DNA from: Octopus sinensis
Taxonomy: Eukaryota
Assembly (NCBI RefSeq): GCF_006345805.1
Contig: NC_043000.1
Location: 52,576,001 to 52,640,000, forward strand
DNA length: 64,000 bases
Direction: 5' to 3'
Position numbers and translations under genes: made by a program. Every line of letters begins with the position of its first letter. Position 1 is the first letter of the stretch. Of this stretch, positions 12,724 to 25,370 are shown piece by piece. Under the pieces are notes generated by a model that worked only from the letters and a program-made list of their open reading frames with translations, was not told the origin of the DNA and did not search any database.

Positions 12724-14949
12724 ATCTGATTGCTTCTCGTCCTAAGAGAAAGATCCATCAAAAAGCCATACATACACACATATACGCACTGCTTGAGCGT
12801 GTGACATTGTTAGAAAATTAGTATAGTATAAACTGGAAACGCGATGCTATGTAGAGTATTGTTCGTCATAATTAAATAGGAAAGCTGATTTTTATGATTT
12901 TACAATTTATGCAGATATCTGCAAACAGGAAAATAAATAATTTTGTGTAGAGCCATTTTCCCTTCTAACATGGCCTGGGTCGATGTTTATATGCATTTGC
13001 GTAAATGCAATTTGCGACAAAAGCAATCAAGATTAATCGAAACATAGCAAATAATTTAAACTAGCATTTAATATGTACCACAAACTCAAGCATTATTTGC
13101 ATAGACCCAAAATATTAATAACTCCCATGTACATTTCTCTAACCAGATTTTCCAATATTAATAGGCAGCGATTATTCAAGGATCCATAAAATTATATTAT
13201 TCATTATAGAGCAATATCGCATGCCATTGTGAATATAAAGTCCTATTTTGCTAGTATTGGCGGTTAATTTGAGCAATTACTTAATCTTGATCGAGGAGGT
13301 ACCTAAATAGCCTAAATAAAATGTTTTTCTCTCTCTAATATTAATAAAATGTTTTTTTCTCTCTGCTGAAAGTAGTTTGTTTACTTTCAATGAAATATCT
13401 TCAAAAGCCCTCGAATGGTACTATCGGGTGAATGAGGATTCGCTTCTTTAATTGCTGACTTTTCTGATTTCCAATGCAAATGAGAAAGGTTGAGGTATTA
13501 GAAAGTAAATTTATACCAATTTCAAAATACTTTCAATAAGACGTAAATACACATTAGATATATTGCAAAAGCATATCAATACTAACAGCGACATCGTTTG
13601 ACGAGAAAAATATGCACGAATATTCATATTTTATCACTAATACCACAAGACTAAACGTTGAAATATTCACATATATAAAACAAACAATTGCAACACGGAT
13701 ATTTGTAAATGCAGAGCATGTATATGCAAGTAATGTAATACTTGTGTGTGTGCGTGTGCGTGTGTGATCACGCGTGTTTTTGTATGAATGAAAATTTGCG
13801 TGTATGTATGTATCTATGTACGTATGTATATATCTTTATATGTATTAATAAAGTTTGAATTACTGTTGTATCAAAGCACACTTACTAGTAGCCGTGTATA
13901 CACGAAGGAATGAATAAATGAATTGACAATCAAGTTTTTGGTTAATATTAAACACTTGCCAAATGTATGACGTTGGATATTATATTGCCAGAAAGAGTCA
14001 TAGATGGTGACAGAATTAAACGGATCATTTCTTCATTGAAGGATTATTGTGTATGTTGTTTAATGCAGGTATTGACAAAGGAATTCTCCTGAAAGTGTTG
14101 CAATATTTGCATGCAGCAACGAGTATGCTATCAGGCTATCTATAACCTTATCGCTATTGATGGTAGAGAGTCTTTGAACACAATATTTTCTAATAGTTTT
14201 ATTCTGCTCTGATGTTATCACTGGGGATTCTTAGCTTATTAGATGAACTCTTAATGAAAAGTATATAGCAAGCTGCGTTTTCACGATAATTACTGAGAGG
14301 TAATATTTTACTGCAAACACTGCAATCTAGAAATTAATAACGTGAGAGAAAGATATTGCTGACGTCATTTTCGTTTGGCTAGTTATTGAATACATTGTGA
14401 TATGAAAAGTTATTTTACCTATTTTGTGTTTATCTATGATTCCCCCAGTTTACAGTTAAATGCATCAAATGTAATTTAATTCTATGAACATCTGTTATTG
14501 ACCAAGATATTCTCACTGTTGTGTCATCAACAGATTGTATGACCAACATATATGATATAGATTTTCCCATAACTTAGTTATGCAGAAGTTGCGCATTCGA
14601 ATTCAGATTATTACGATAAAGTGTTGATTCTAACATCAAATTTTAAGGCACTGAATTTGATGCACAATTGCACAGTTGAAATGCAAATAACTATCGTCTA
14701 GAATTACATTTAATATTTGAAATGATATTACATTTTTTTAAAGAAATTTGTATCAGTATACAAAAACTATGTAATATTCAATATTATTTATGAACCTCAT
14801 CATAAGACTCGAACGCATAACTACAAATTCATTAATGTTACCCGTAGCGGTTTTGTATCTTTAGCATTGAATTAAATTAGGTTTATTCTGTCTTTCAGTA
14901 TTATGTCGACGTTGCCTTTTATCATTTCGAGTCCGATAAATCGACTTAC

Positions 14950-16400
14950 ATTCTCCCTCGAAATTACTGGCCATATGCTAAAATTTAAAACCAATATTAC
15001 GTCCGATTCGATAACAAACACTTTCACATGATATTCTTTTCTGCTACTTAAAGACGTGACAACGAAAAATTCATACTGGAGCCTTATGTGTTTGCATGAC
15101 TTATTTCTAAAAACATTTAATTCTTCCCCAAATAACTACCATCTTAAAATATAGCAGAGGTGTAAACTCCAAAACGTAGTCCTACATGCAGAAAATGGTA
15201 GTTGGTGACATCAGGCACACTCTTGATGATGGTTTCCTCTCTCAGAACATTTGAAGTTAAAGAACAGCACCAATATCTTTGTGTAGAAAGATAATTTTTG
15301 GTTTCTTTCATTGGGAGTCTTTCTGTAAATTTATAGCCACAACAATTACATGCGTTTTATATTATTTACTCCCAGCGGTTGGGATAATTTGGTTGATCAA
15401 CGGTGTACTCTCTTCCAACATTTTAAAAATAGAATGTTTTAAGCAGATATATGACGCCAAAGTACACCAAAATGAGAGGTTATAGGAATCCCGAACTGTA
15501 TCGTCATAAAAATAATTATGAAAACGATTTCTTAGTTTTCAATTCATTCTGCATAGCATCAATGTATCTTATTATTACGGTCGGGATATCCGATTTCTGT
15601 CTTTCGTATGAGGCCACTGTGTGTATCATTTAATCGAACCGAGTATTTCGTTGTTACTTCTACCTCTGACATAATGTATAGCACAGCATATTGCATTGAA
15701 ATCCTTTAGGTATGCTCTGAACCTGAAAGTGTATTAATTACCTGAATTTGCAAGAACGCTGTTAGAGATGACATCAGCGCTAACGTACAGTTTCCTGAGA
15801 TTCACTTGTGCCTTTTCTTCACATCCTAAAGTAGCTGTTTTGTTGTGGGGGTTAGAGACCATTGTGTCCAGTCTTTACACAAAGCAAGAACATATTTAAC
15901 TGACAATATCCATTCAGATGTCAATTTACAAGCATTAGAAAAGCCGTTCAGTTCCAGATGCTCTGTTTTGGAAAGACGATTAACCTCGCAAAATTACTAT
16001 GTATTGGTAAAGTTGGGAATTTTCTGCAGCTATTAAGCTTGAGATGGAAGTGAGGAATGAATCTCATCTAGGTAGACATCTATTGACCTATTCTGAAACA
16101 TTTTCAGTTCAAGAACTATGGATAGTTTCCAGAAATTCATACCGGCAATGCTTGTAGAACACCTCGTATGCTTCCTGTTAGAGAAATACTGAAGGAAATC
16201 TCGGGAGAGCGACGTCTCCGGAGATACAGAATTTCAGAATTCTAGATTGCAGTGCTGTTGCAAAATCGTACGTAAAATTCATACATCTTTTGCCATTTCA
16301 GATGCATTACATCTTTCTTAGTGCTGGGTATCCAGTAAGCCCCCTTAACAGCTAAACTAGAGGAGGTGTCAGTTCAGTTTGCTGACGACCAAAGTAAATC
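14950..16400 (-). mobile_element. Possible very decayed Ty3/Gypsy pol relic
   Basis: Minus-strand fragments VYLDEI (16078-16061), LYVSADV (~15785) and a C..C/HVGLRFG-like segment (~15230-15180) lie in RT, RNase H, integrase order. Similarity is weak. Confidence 0.25.
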
Positions 16401-16474
16401 ATACGCTGGTATTATGCGGGCAATGAACAAAACCAACACCTAGCACGCACAGAGACATGTATATATATATATAT

Positions 16475-16518
<44 letters not shown>

Positions 16519-16550
16519 TATGTACATATATATATTTTTAGATGTGTATA

Positions 16551-16606
<56 letters not shown>

Positions 16607-16988
16607 CACATATCTATATGTATATATATACATATACACACATATATATATATATACGTATATATGCATATATACACATACATACTTTATATATATATAT
16701 ATATATATACACTCATTCACACCTGTCTAAAAAAACGGAACCATCACCCCTACCAAAAAAATTATACGATACCTAACCCTAACTAGCGATACAAAATTGG
16801 GAGCACCCCAACTTCAAACAGAAAAAGGAAAAATCACTACCCACAAGATAGACTTTGCAACCTCTTCTCGATAAGGAGTTACCAACAAAAGCATCACTGA
16901 AGGCGCTTACAAGCAATAAAGAAACCTGTTTGTAGAATGTTCACGCCATTCTTAATTTTGACATTAAGAACGTTTTTTATCCGAAATA

Positions 16989-17501
16989 TCTATATATATA
17001 AAACTGTAGTTGTGTGAGTGTCTGTCCCCTTCGATTTAGATTCCAAACTACTCCCACATGTTGCGGTGCAGTTTAACCAAATTCGGGTATCTTATAGTCG
17101 TGATTCATATCGAGCCCGTCTGGCTATCAGCGCGCGTCTACGATGAGTCTACGATTTTAAAAATAATTTAACATCATTTTTTATTCCATTTTAATGCATA
17201 ATTTTTCGTGTGTCGATGGCGGCGGAGTTGGCGTCCACGCTCACATCTGCACCTGTTTGCTTCTCCCCCTTCTTCCCTCCCTCGTGAAGCTGTGGGGAAG
17301 GGAGTGTAAGGAAATCAACGTCGTAAAGCGTTGTCAAGGAGACCAGCGTTCTTTTAGAACAACGACTTCATGGCTTGAAGACACCAAAACAGAAATGGCT
17401 AAGAAAGCCCGAATTGGCATCTATAAGGGAAGAAACTCTCTAAAAATGCTTATATAGTTATTTCCCTTACAAACCCGAGCAACGCCGGGCGATACTGCTA
17501 G
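16989..17501 (+). mobile_element. Non-autonomous Helitron with intact termini
   Basis: 5' A|TC (16988/16989). 3' hairpin CCCG-A-GC-AAC-GC-CGGG (17474-17489), then CTAG|T (17498-17502). No TSD, as expected for a Helitron. Confidence 0.88.
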
Positions 17502-17535
17502 TATAGATATATATGTGTGACAGTATATGTATAAA

Positions 17536-17697
17536 CGCAGTCCTGGATTTTTGGTGAGAAGAGTGATTCCAAATCACACAGTTCCCTGTCCAATCCCACA
17601 GCGTAATACTTTGGGCTAGTGTCTTCTAATATAGCCTTGGGCAAATCAAAGCGTTGTGAATGGATTTGGTAGACTGAAGCTAAAAGAAGCCTTCTGT
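17536..17697 (+). mobile_element. SINE family 1, 5' half
   Basis: Matches the head of family 1 (..TTGGGC.AGTGTCTTCTA.TATAGCC..GGATTTGGTAGAC.GAA.CT.AAAGAAGCC). Confidence 0.7.
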
Positions 17698-17762
17698 AAT
17701 CATATATACATATTTACATGCACACACACACACACGCATATATATATATATATTATATATAT

Positions 17763-17807
<45 letters not shown>

Positions 17808-19851
17808 TATATATCATACACCGCCGTCCTAAAAATATGAATCAATGGGCACTGTAGTTAAGGGCGCAATATGAAAGGTAAAGAACACTCGAGAAAATTA
17901 TGAATTATGAGTTGGGTATCTTTTTGACTGTATGTCAGTTCGAACTGTGTTATTGGCTGCATCAGCAACAAGAACAAGGACGAAAACACTAATATATTAT
18001 TTGAATGATTTCGAATGAATACCGGTAATATTCCTTATTATCCGCTTTGGAGTACTTTGAATCTAATCTAACACTATTTCGCTTAATACCATTAACGCTT
18101 TTTGTTATCACCAGTCTCACAATATACTCAGGTGGGATTTAAATGTTCATAATTCACTTAAAAGATAGAAGTGTATTCATTCTGAAGAGAAAGTTATATC
18201 TGTGATATATAACTCGATTCGATGGAGTATAACTCCTATCTGCAGTATGAGTAACTCATCTCTTTAGAAAAAACACACTGTAAAGATAAAACACTCTCTC
18301 CTGAAACAGAGCAACTACAGCTATGAAATTGCTTCAAAATATTTAATCTTACAGTAATTTTGGTTTTCCTTTGTTAAATTCAATAATGAGGCATTTTGAT
18401 TTATTCAACGTTTCTGAAAGCATAGTTAAGTAAACAAAAATTACAAATGTGTATCATCATAACCTTCGGCTTTGTAGCTAATTCAAGCAATAACAATGCA
18501 CTAAAATTTATTCCTTTCACTTTTGTTCACTCATATTTTTCCAGCCGTTAAATTCAATCAACCCATTATTGATCAATCGCATGAGAAAATGTTATATAAT
18601 TGTTTCTGTCATTTTCATTTAGTTACTGGCTCGGTTTTGATTTCTCTGAGACTTTTCTACATTTGGCACAATTCTCTTCGCAGTTGTTTTATGAGTGAGT
18701 CAATAGCAAACCAAAGCACCATGAATGAAGTGTTTCTTTTTCACGTTGATTCATTATGCTCTTGACGTATTTTAGTCCGTATAATTATTACATCGAAGTT
18801 GTATTCTTAAACTCTTGATGTCAATTCACTATAGATGCCAGTCTGGCTGGAGACAAAAAGATATTTGCATTAAAAAAGGGAAATGAAACAACTACGTTCT
18901 ATTACAGTTTCAAAATAATATTGATCTTGTAGATATTGTGAATGAGGTATAAATTTTAAATTGAAAGGATTCCATAGACACATCTTCACTCTCGACAGAT
19001 CAAACACAATTCGGTGATTAATTTGGAATATACTTCAAATAAAAGTGTACGTTACACTGATGATTGCACTGGAATTAATTTACAAATGAAACGTGTTGTG
19101 TTAAAAGTATTCAGAATTAATATAGCTGTTTTCCAAAGATATTAGCATAAATATTTGAGTTGTAGTTATAAAATCCCTGTTAAGATTCATTTCCTTGTAT
19201 ATCAATTGAAAAATAAACAAATTCTGTGAATAGTGGAGACTTTGTTTTTAAGACGAATAAAACCGAAATTGTGATCATTTATTTATATTCTATGATCAAG
19301 ATGTTAACGTCGCTTGAATCTCTAACAATTGAAGAAGAAACTATGAATTCATTGCCTGATTTATTTTACGAAAGACTACAGCAGGCTAGAAATCACTACA
19401 CTCAGGCATCATTTAACCTTGTTTAATAAACTGTTTCAAACGATATTAAGCAATAGCCAGACTCTCCAATAGCGGGTATATTGGTTCACGTAACTTTTTG
19501 AAACCTTATAGAATTGTATCATTTTTCTCATCACATTTTCTATGATCTGCCTACCTATTCTTCAGGTAACGCATGAACAACTTTAACCCATTTCCTTTCT
19601 CCACCGTCTCATCTTTCCGGAATTACTTTCTTGCTAACATATTTCGTGCTGTCTTCAAGATACAGAGAGCAAGTGTATTTTCCCTCAGATCTAACTATTA
19701 AAATAGAAACAGCAGAAACATATGTTTGTTCAACAAAGTAGAATAAATTTATTTAATACTAGCTGGACTTGTGAAAAATTCACGGAATACATAAAAAATG
19801 CAAGCATCTGTAAACAGTGCACTGATGCCATGAGAAATGTTTGTATATTAT

Positions 19852-19985
19852 GATCGTCTGTCTTTACGTTCTGTGTTCAAATGCTGCCGAGATCGACTTT
19901 GCCTTTCGTCATTTCGGAGTCAATCAATTAAGTATCAGTTGTGTACTGGGGTCGATCTAATCAACTGGTTCTCTTCCCACAAACA
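19852..19985 (+). mobile_element. SINE family 2 fragment
   Basis: GTTCAAAT B-box-like motif and GTCGA-rich body shared with 50640-50820 and with 28121-28207 (minus strand). Confidence 0.62.
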
Positions 19986-20319
19986 AATACGGGGCTAGGG
20001 AAGTATATTGTGACTGTTACAGAATTTAGAATGTAATGTATCACCAATGACTCTATAATCCAACCAAAATATCTCAGATTACACAACCGTAAACGGAATT
20101 GCTATTTAACCTTAAAATATATATTCAAGAACCTTAATGTACAAATTGAGATGCAAAAGAACGAAATAATAAATGGATTTATGAATGAAAGTTTGGTAAT
20201 TGCGTTTATTTCAACCATTTGACATTTATTATTGCGAACATGTTTTAACTAACCTATTCTGTACACACACCAAAATACATTCATATTCTAGCTGTAATTG
20301 TAGTTGTAGCTGTAATTCA

Positions 20320-20415
20320 AAGGAACCGCCTTGTCATATACTGTATTAATGTTAATAGCGCTAATGTTATGCATGTCTGTGGAGTACTCAGCCATTTGTG
20401 AGTTAATTTTGTCGT
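20320..20415 (+). mobile_element. Decayed Nin-domain SINE fragment
   Basis: CCTTGTCA..TGTCTGTGGAGTACTCAGCCA..GTTAATTT matches the reverse complement of part of 40262-40630. Confidence 0.5.
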
Positions 20416-21992
20416 CGTGTGGTAATGAAAAGTGAAATTGACATCCATTATTTGCTGTACGTATGTATCGACATATGAACTTTTCTTTGGATTTACATAT
20501 CTACTGTCTCACCACTTCCTCTCTTTCTTTTTCACTTCCTTTGTGTGTCTCTTCTCTCTCGCTGATTTAACAATGTGTATATGTATCTATCTATTTACTT
20601 CTCTTGCGGTGTGATAAACATTTAAAAATACAAAACGAACGCCGTCATCACTCACTGACTCTCACACTCTTTCTCTTTTTCTCCCATTTCTCTCTCTCTC
20701 TCACTCTCTTGCTTTCTCTCTTACATCCACTCTGAAAAATAAAAACACAAAACGAACGCTGTCACCACTCACTATCTCTTTCACTCTCTCTCTCTTTCTC
20801 TCTCACTCTCTCACTTTCTCCTTTACTCTCCCTTTTTCTCTCTCTCTCTCTCTTACTTCCTTTCTGTCCTCCTCTCTCTCTCTCTCTCGCTTTGCCACTT
20901 CTTTGAAGTAAGTGTGACGCACACAACAGGTACGTACAAAAACAAAAACTGAGCGTATTAATATTATTGATGACAAATATATATCTTTTCCAAGAAATCA
21001 CTCATGGGTATATGTGAGGAGTGACAAAATAGATGATAAAATGAGCTGAATGTTTCAAAGTAACAGCGAGTGTGTTTTTGTAAGGTACAGTTATTTTTAT
21101 AGTAAGGTACATTTATTTTTATAGTAGCACCAATTTTATAGCAGGAAGTTTGAAGTGATAAATAATCGCTGAAGAAATGTTTGAGGTTAACAGATTCCCC
21201 CCTGGCTCTCTCACACTGTGACAAAATTAAAGATTAAAGGTGATTTTCTTTCAGCATTTCCTTTTCTTTTTGGCAAAATAAAATACACTACGATATTCTT
21301 AAAAACTAAGCAATACTAAGACACAAATTTCAATACATAATACACATACAACACCTCTCACAACAATAGATATGCATCCATACATACCTACATATATACC
21401 TGCATATATAAATATATAAATGATAAATATATATGTCAATTTGTTTTGCAAGACTCTTGATGTGAACTCGTGTGTTGAAGCAGATAGTGTATTTCGGGAT
21501 GACCATCGTATTAATCTATTTATTTATTGCCAAATAAAAACAAGCACTATATATATATATATATATATATATATTCTTCTCTCGTTGAATTTATTGTATG
21601 TCCATTGCCCGGAAATCTTTCGTCGCACATCTGTAACCTCTTCAGTTACACTTTTTGGTTTCCGTATGTGTTCTTGTTCCACTTACTCCATTCTGTTCTT
21701 ATAAGATGTGTATCCTTATCTGCGCCTGCGTTTGTGCCCTTGTTTGTGTGTATGCGTGTGCGCTTGCGGGTGTGCATGTGTGTGTATATGCTTGTGTGCA
21801 TGTCATAGTTTTTAGCAGCAGTGTGCCTTCCTCAGAGCCCCATACTCTCACTCTATTGTGCTACTGTTGTCCTAAGACCCAAGGTTAAAAAGGGAGTACA
21901 GTTCCTGTATTCCTCTGTTTGTTCGTCTACGTTGTTTTTGCTGTTTTTGCCATCGATTACACCCCTACAAGACAATCATAATTATATATATA

Positions 21993-22041
<49 letters not shown>

Positions 22042-22086
22042 GTATGTATATATACAATTTCATACATGCACACACGCACCACAAAT

Positions 22087-22560
22087 GTTCATACACACGT
22101 CTATCTACGCACACGCACAAGAAAAAAGAAAGCTACAGGCAACAATACAGAAAAAGTGTAGAGAAGTATAAAAAATTAAGCAATACATGTAAAAACGTGT
22201 ATATACGCACATACCCATATGTACGCACACACACACGCATGCCCTCGCACATCTATATATGCACACACACGCGCGCACAAAAAAGGTTCATACACACGTC
22301 TATATACGCACATGCACAAGTGAAAACAGGGCTAAAGCCAAAAATACAGGAAAATCTGTAAAAAAGCAATAAGTAAACACGTCTTTTTACGCACGTACTC
22401 GCATGCACGCACACACACACACACACAGATTTGTATACGCACATATTCGCACACATGCACATATCCATACGCGCGCACAAAGGATTCGATATACACGTCT
22501 ATATACGCACAGGGAAAATGCAGGATAAGAAGGTAGAATACAGAAAAATTGTGTAAAATG
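22087..22560 (+). repeat. Diverged tandem repeat, period 199 bp, about 2.4 units
   Basis: The anchor ACACGTCTAT recurs at 22095, 22294 and 22493. Confidence 0.85.
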
Positions 22561-22593
22561 TATATGAGCAATAAATCTATAAATCAATCAATA

Positions 22594-22722
22594 TCTATAA
22601 ATCTGAAATGCGAAAAGTTTGTTTGTCTGGTTTTGCCATTGGAACAGGTTAAAAGCCATTAGATCCCGTCGGATTGACTCCAAAATTTACATGTAAAATG
22701 AGGTGAAGATGTTAGTGGGCTA
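22594..22722 (+). mobile_element. Helitron-like 5' segment (second copy at 55666-55800)
   Basis: Starts A|TCTATA..CTGAAATGC.AAAAGTTTGTTTGTCTGG and shares TAGATCCCGTCGGATTGACTCCAAAATTTAC with the second copy. Confidence 0.6.
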
Positions 22723-22915
22723 GGTTAGAAATCCATATCTTAAAAGGTGTCGTTACTAGCGCAAAAAACGCACACTTTGACAAGTCTTCTCTCATTCTTT
22801 TATGTGTCTGTCTTCCTTCGTCCCTCTCTCTTTCCTCCTTTCCCTTCAGGTTCTCTCTATAACGTCGTTTGACAGTGTCTACTATCTTTCCTCCACCGCT
22901 TTCACTCTTTCTTCA

Positions 22916-22956
<41 letters not shown>

Positions 22957-23203
22957 ACGTCTGTCTGCATTCATAGAGAGAATTATTATCGCCACAAGTA
23001 CCACACAATCATGAGAATAAATATTATGAATCAGATATTTATTGGGTTAATTTATATATGTGTCAGTGTGTTCTATATATAAATATGTATATATAATGTA
23101 TATATACAAAGTGCGTATATCTGTATTCATATATATATATATATATATATTGCATACATTTGTATATATAATGCGTATATATGTACATATATATATTTAA
23201 TGC

Positions 23204-23244
<41 letters not shown>

Positions 23245-24107
23245 GTGTGCATTATGTGGTCGGTTGAGCTGAAAATATGCACACCTATGTTAAAAGTGCT
23301 GGCGAGTTTGCATGGCAACTATTTTTTTCCTCAAATGAAAGGCGTGACCTCTAGGACAAAATTCCTCATCTTATAAAATGTGACCCGAGTAGACCCGAAT
23401 GAAATCGGGTTATATTAACCAAAATTTTAAAAGGGATCTAAATAGGATGGAAGGGGATTGAAATTTACAGGAGCGGGTGTTTAGGAATTCTCTGTTACAT
23501 CAAGCTAAAAAAATTCCGCCAGCGTTTAAATCTTCAATGAGTTACCGTCCATGATGAAGAAGTTTTGAATGCTTGCCTTGGTGAGTCTACTGTCGTGAGA
23601 AAGAATCATTTCAAAACTTTGTGTTTAGAAATTTTCTTTTACATCAAGTTCAAAATTTTACGCCAACCCTTAAACTGCCACTACGTTGCTGTCCGTCGTT
23701 AAGAAATGCCAGCCATGGTGACTCTACTATCCTCAGATTGTATTCCTTCAAACTTTGGTTTCCAATATTTTTTAATTCTTATTCAGCTCACAAGTTCGTC
23801 TGTCCCTTTTAAATATTAGTGTTTTGCTGTCTGCCTTGAAGCAGACGTTTCGGTTGTCACTGCCTGATATCTATGATTGATCTTCCAAAATATTTCCTTT
23901 CTCAACTTACTCAAGATCTTTTGTTGTTTATAAATGGGAGAGAGATAGATAGAGAAAGATAGAGTGTAGGAGAAAGTGAGGGAGGGTCTAAGACAAAGGA
24001 ATAGTAAGAGAGTGGAAAGGGAAAGAGAAAGGAGTGAGAAAAAAAGAGGGAGAATGTGGTGATAAAAAACAGAAAGGAAGCAACAGAAAGTAACAAACAC
24101 ACTCTTA

Positions 24108-24138
24108 ACCGCGCGTAGAGCGGGTCACCTTAGGCTAG
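24108..24138 (+). mobile_element. Helitron-like 3' terminus
   Basis: GC-rich imperfect hairpin ACCGCGCGTAGAGCGGGT followed 10 nt later by CTAG|T. Confidence 0.5.
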
Positions 24139-24624
24139 TATCTCTATAAATATGTAAAAAATATAAGTATAAAAAATGTATAAATATATATAAAAATATA
24201 TCAGGAATATAAGTAAAAAGTATAAAGAGATTAAAAGCTTGTATGTGGACACAATATAGAAAGCAAGTCCTATCTGTAGTCTCGTGGTGACCAAAAACGT
24301 AACAAATATTTAGCCATATAAGGGCATGATCCGAAAAGTTCAATTCTTGAATTCAGATATGTAGCGGTCTCTAAGTTGCTTTTCTAGATGAGCCATCTTT
24401 TCATATCACATAGACCGCACTTTCCACTGCCGTTGGTATAGGACTTACACTATGCTAAGATCGTCGAATGGATGTTGTAACTGACAACTTTATCTTTTAA
24501 GGACCATATATGACTGGATAATTTGGTCGTTTTCCTTTTATCCCGGTGCCTGAAGTTCAAGGTGTGATTATTGAACGTGGCCTTGAAATTACCGTCTGTA
24601 AGGCCCACGAAGAAGAAGAAATAC

Positions 24625-25370
24625 GTGAAAGCAGAAAGTGGTGGGCAATGGCTACATCACCTCTGTTATCATTTATAGTCTGACTATCGAACTTTGTTCC
24701 AGTTATTGCTTGACTAGGCCGGAGAGTCACTTATTTAATTTCTTGTGGAAGGGAGGCGATCCAATTGTCAGGCGGTTAGTCGACTGCCAAAATCCTCTGA
24801 ATAACGAATTAGGCATACCGTGGCTGGCTTCTAATGCGCAGACACGCTCTTAGGTTGCGCTACCTGCAACAATTTCTGGGCAGTGAGCGTGTATGAGCTC
24901 CAATTGTGAAGCACGTCTTTTCATATCATGTGTAGGGCGGCTCTGTCTATCGCCCGAGTACGTAGTAATGCTTGCACCGCCATCCTGCAGTTTTCCTCTG
25001 TCTGGTAGCCGTAGTGGAAGAGGTTGTCTGGTAGACGAGGCTGAAAGTCATGAGGAGAGCTGCATTCTTGTTTGGTAGATGTCAAACTGACTTCTTCAAG
25101 TTTTACTTGTAAAGGAAATTGCGGGTGGAAAGGGAGGTGCCGTCATCGAGTACGTTTATTGACTGAAAGGTGAATGAATGTTGCAAAAATGGAAAGAGCG
25201 GATGATACTTCTCTAAGTGCAAATCTGTTGTTCGGAGAAAAGGAATTGGAGAGAGCACTCACTCGTGGTGTTCAAGGCAATCTTGTAGAGTAGGGTTCCT
25301 CGATTATCCCTACAGTTCTTCCTGTACCCGGAGGACTACATCTCTATCATACACCACTTTTTGTAACCTT
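24625..25370 (+). mobile_element. L1/Tx1-clade LINE ORF2 3' fragment and 3' UTR (decayed)
   Basis: YITSVIIY..LFNFLWKGGDPIVRR..CQNP..LGIP resembles the post-RT FxFLW..GGLG motif of L1/Tx1 elements. It is followed by W-rich C-terminal fragments. Confidence 0.68.

Noticed and set aside
14061-14145. Possible host exon (GIDKGILLKVLQYLHAAT)
   Set aside because: Ambiguous splice signals, no recognisable homology and no partner exons.
16770-16785. CCTAACCCTAAC telomere-like motif
   Set aside because: Only two units; not an interstitial telomeric array.
19056-19100. CTGATGA...GAAACGT
   Set aside because: The stem II closing pair and the NUH triplet are not satisfied.
20613-20790. Two ~60-bp direct repeats (CAAAACGAACGC.GTCA.CACTCACT)
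   Set aside because: A local duplication embedded in a (CT)n tract, with no termini or other copies seen.
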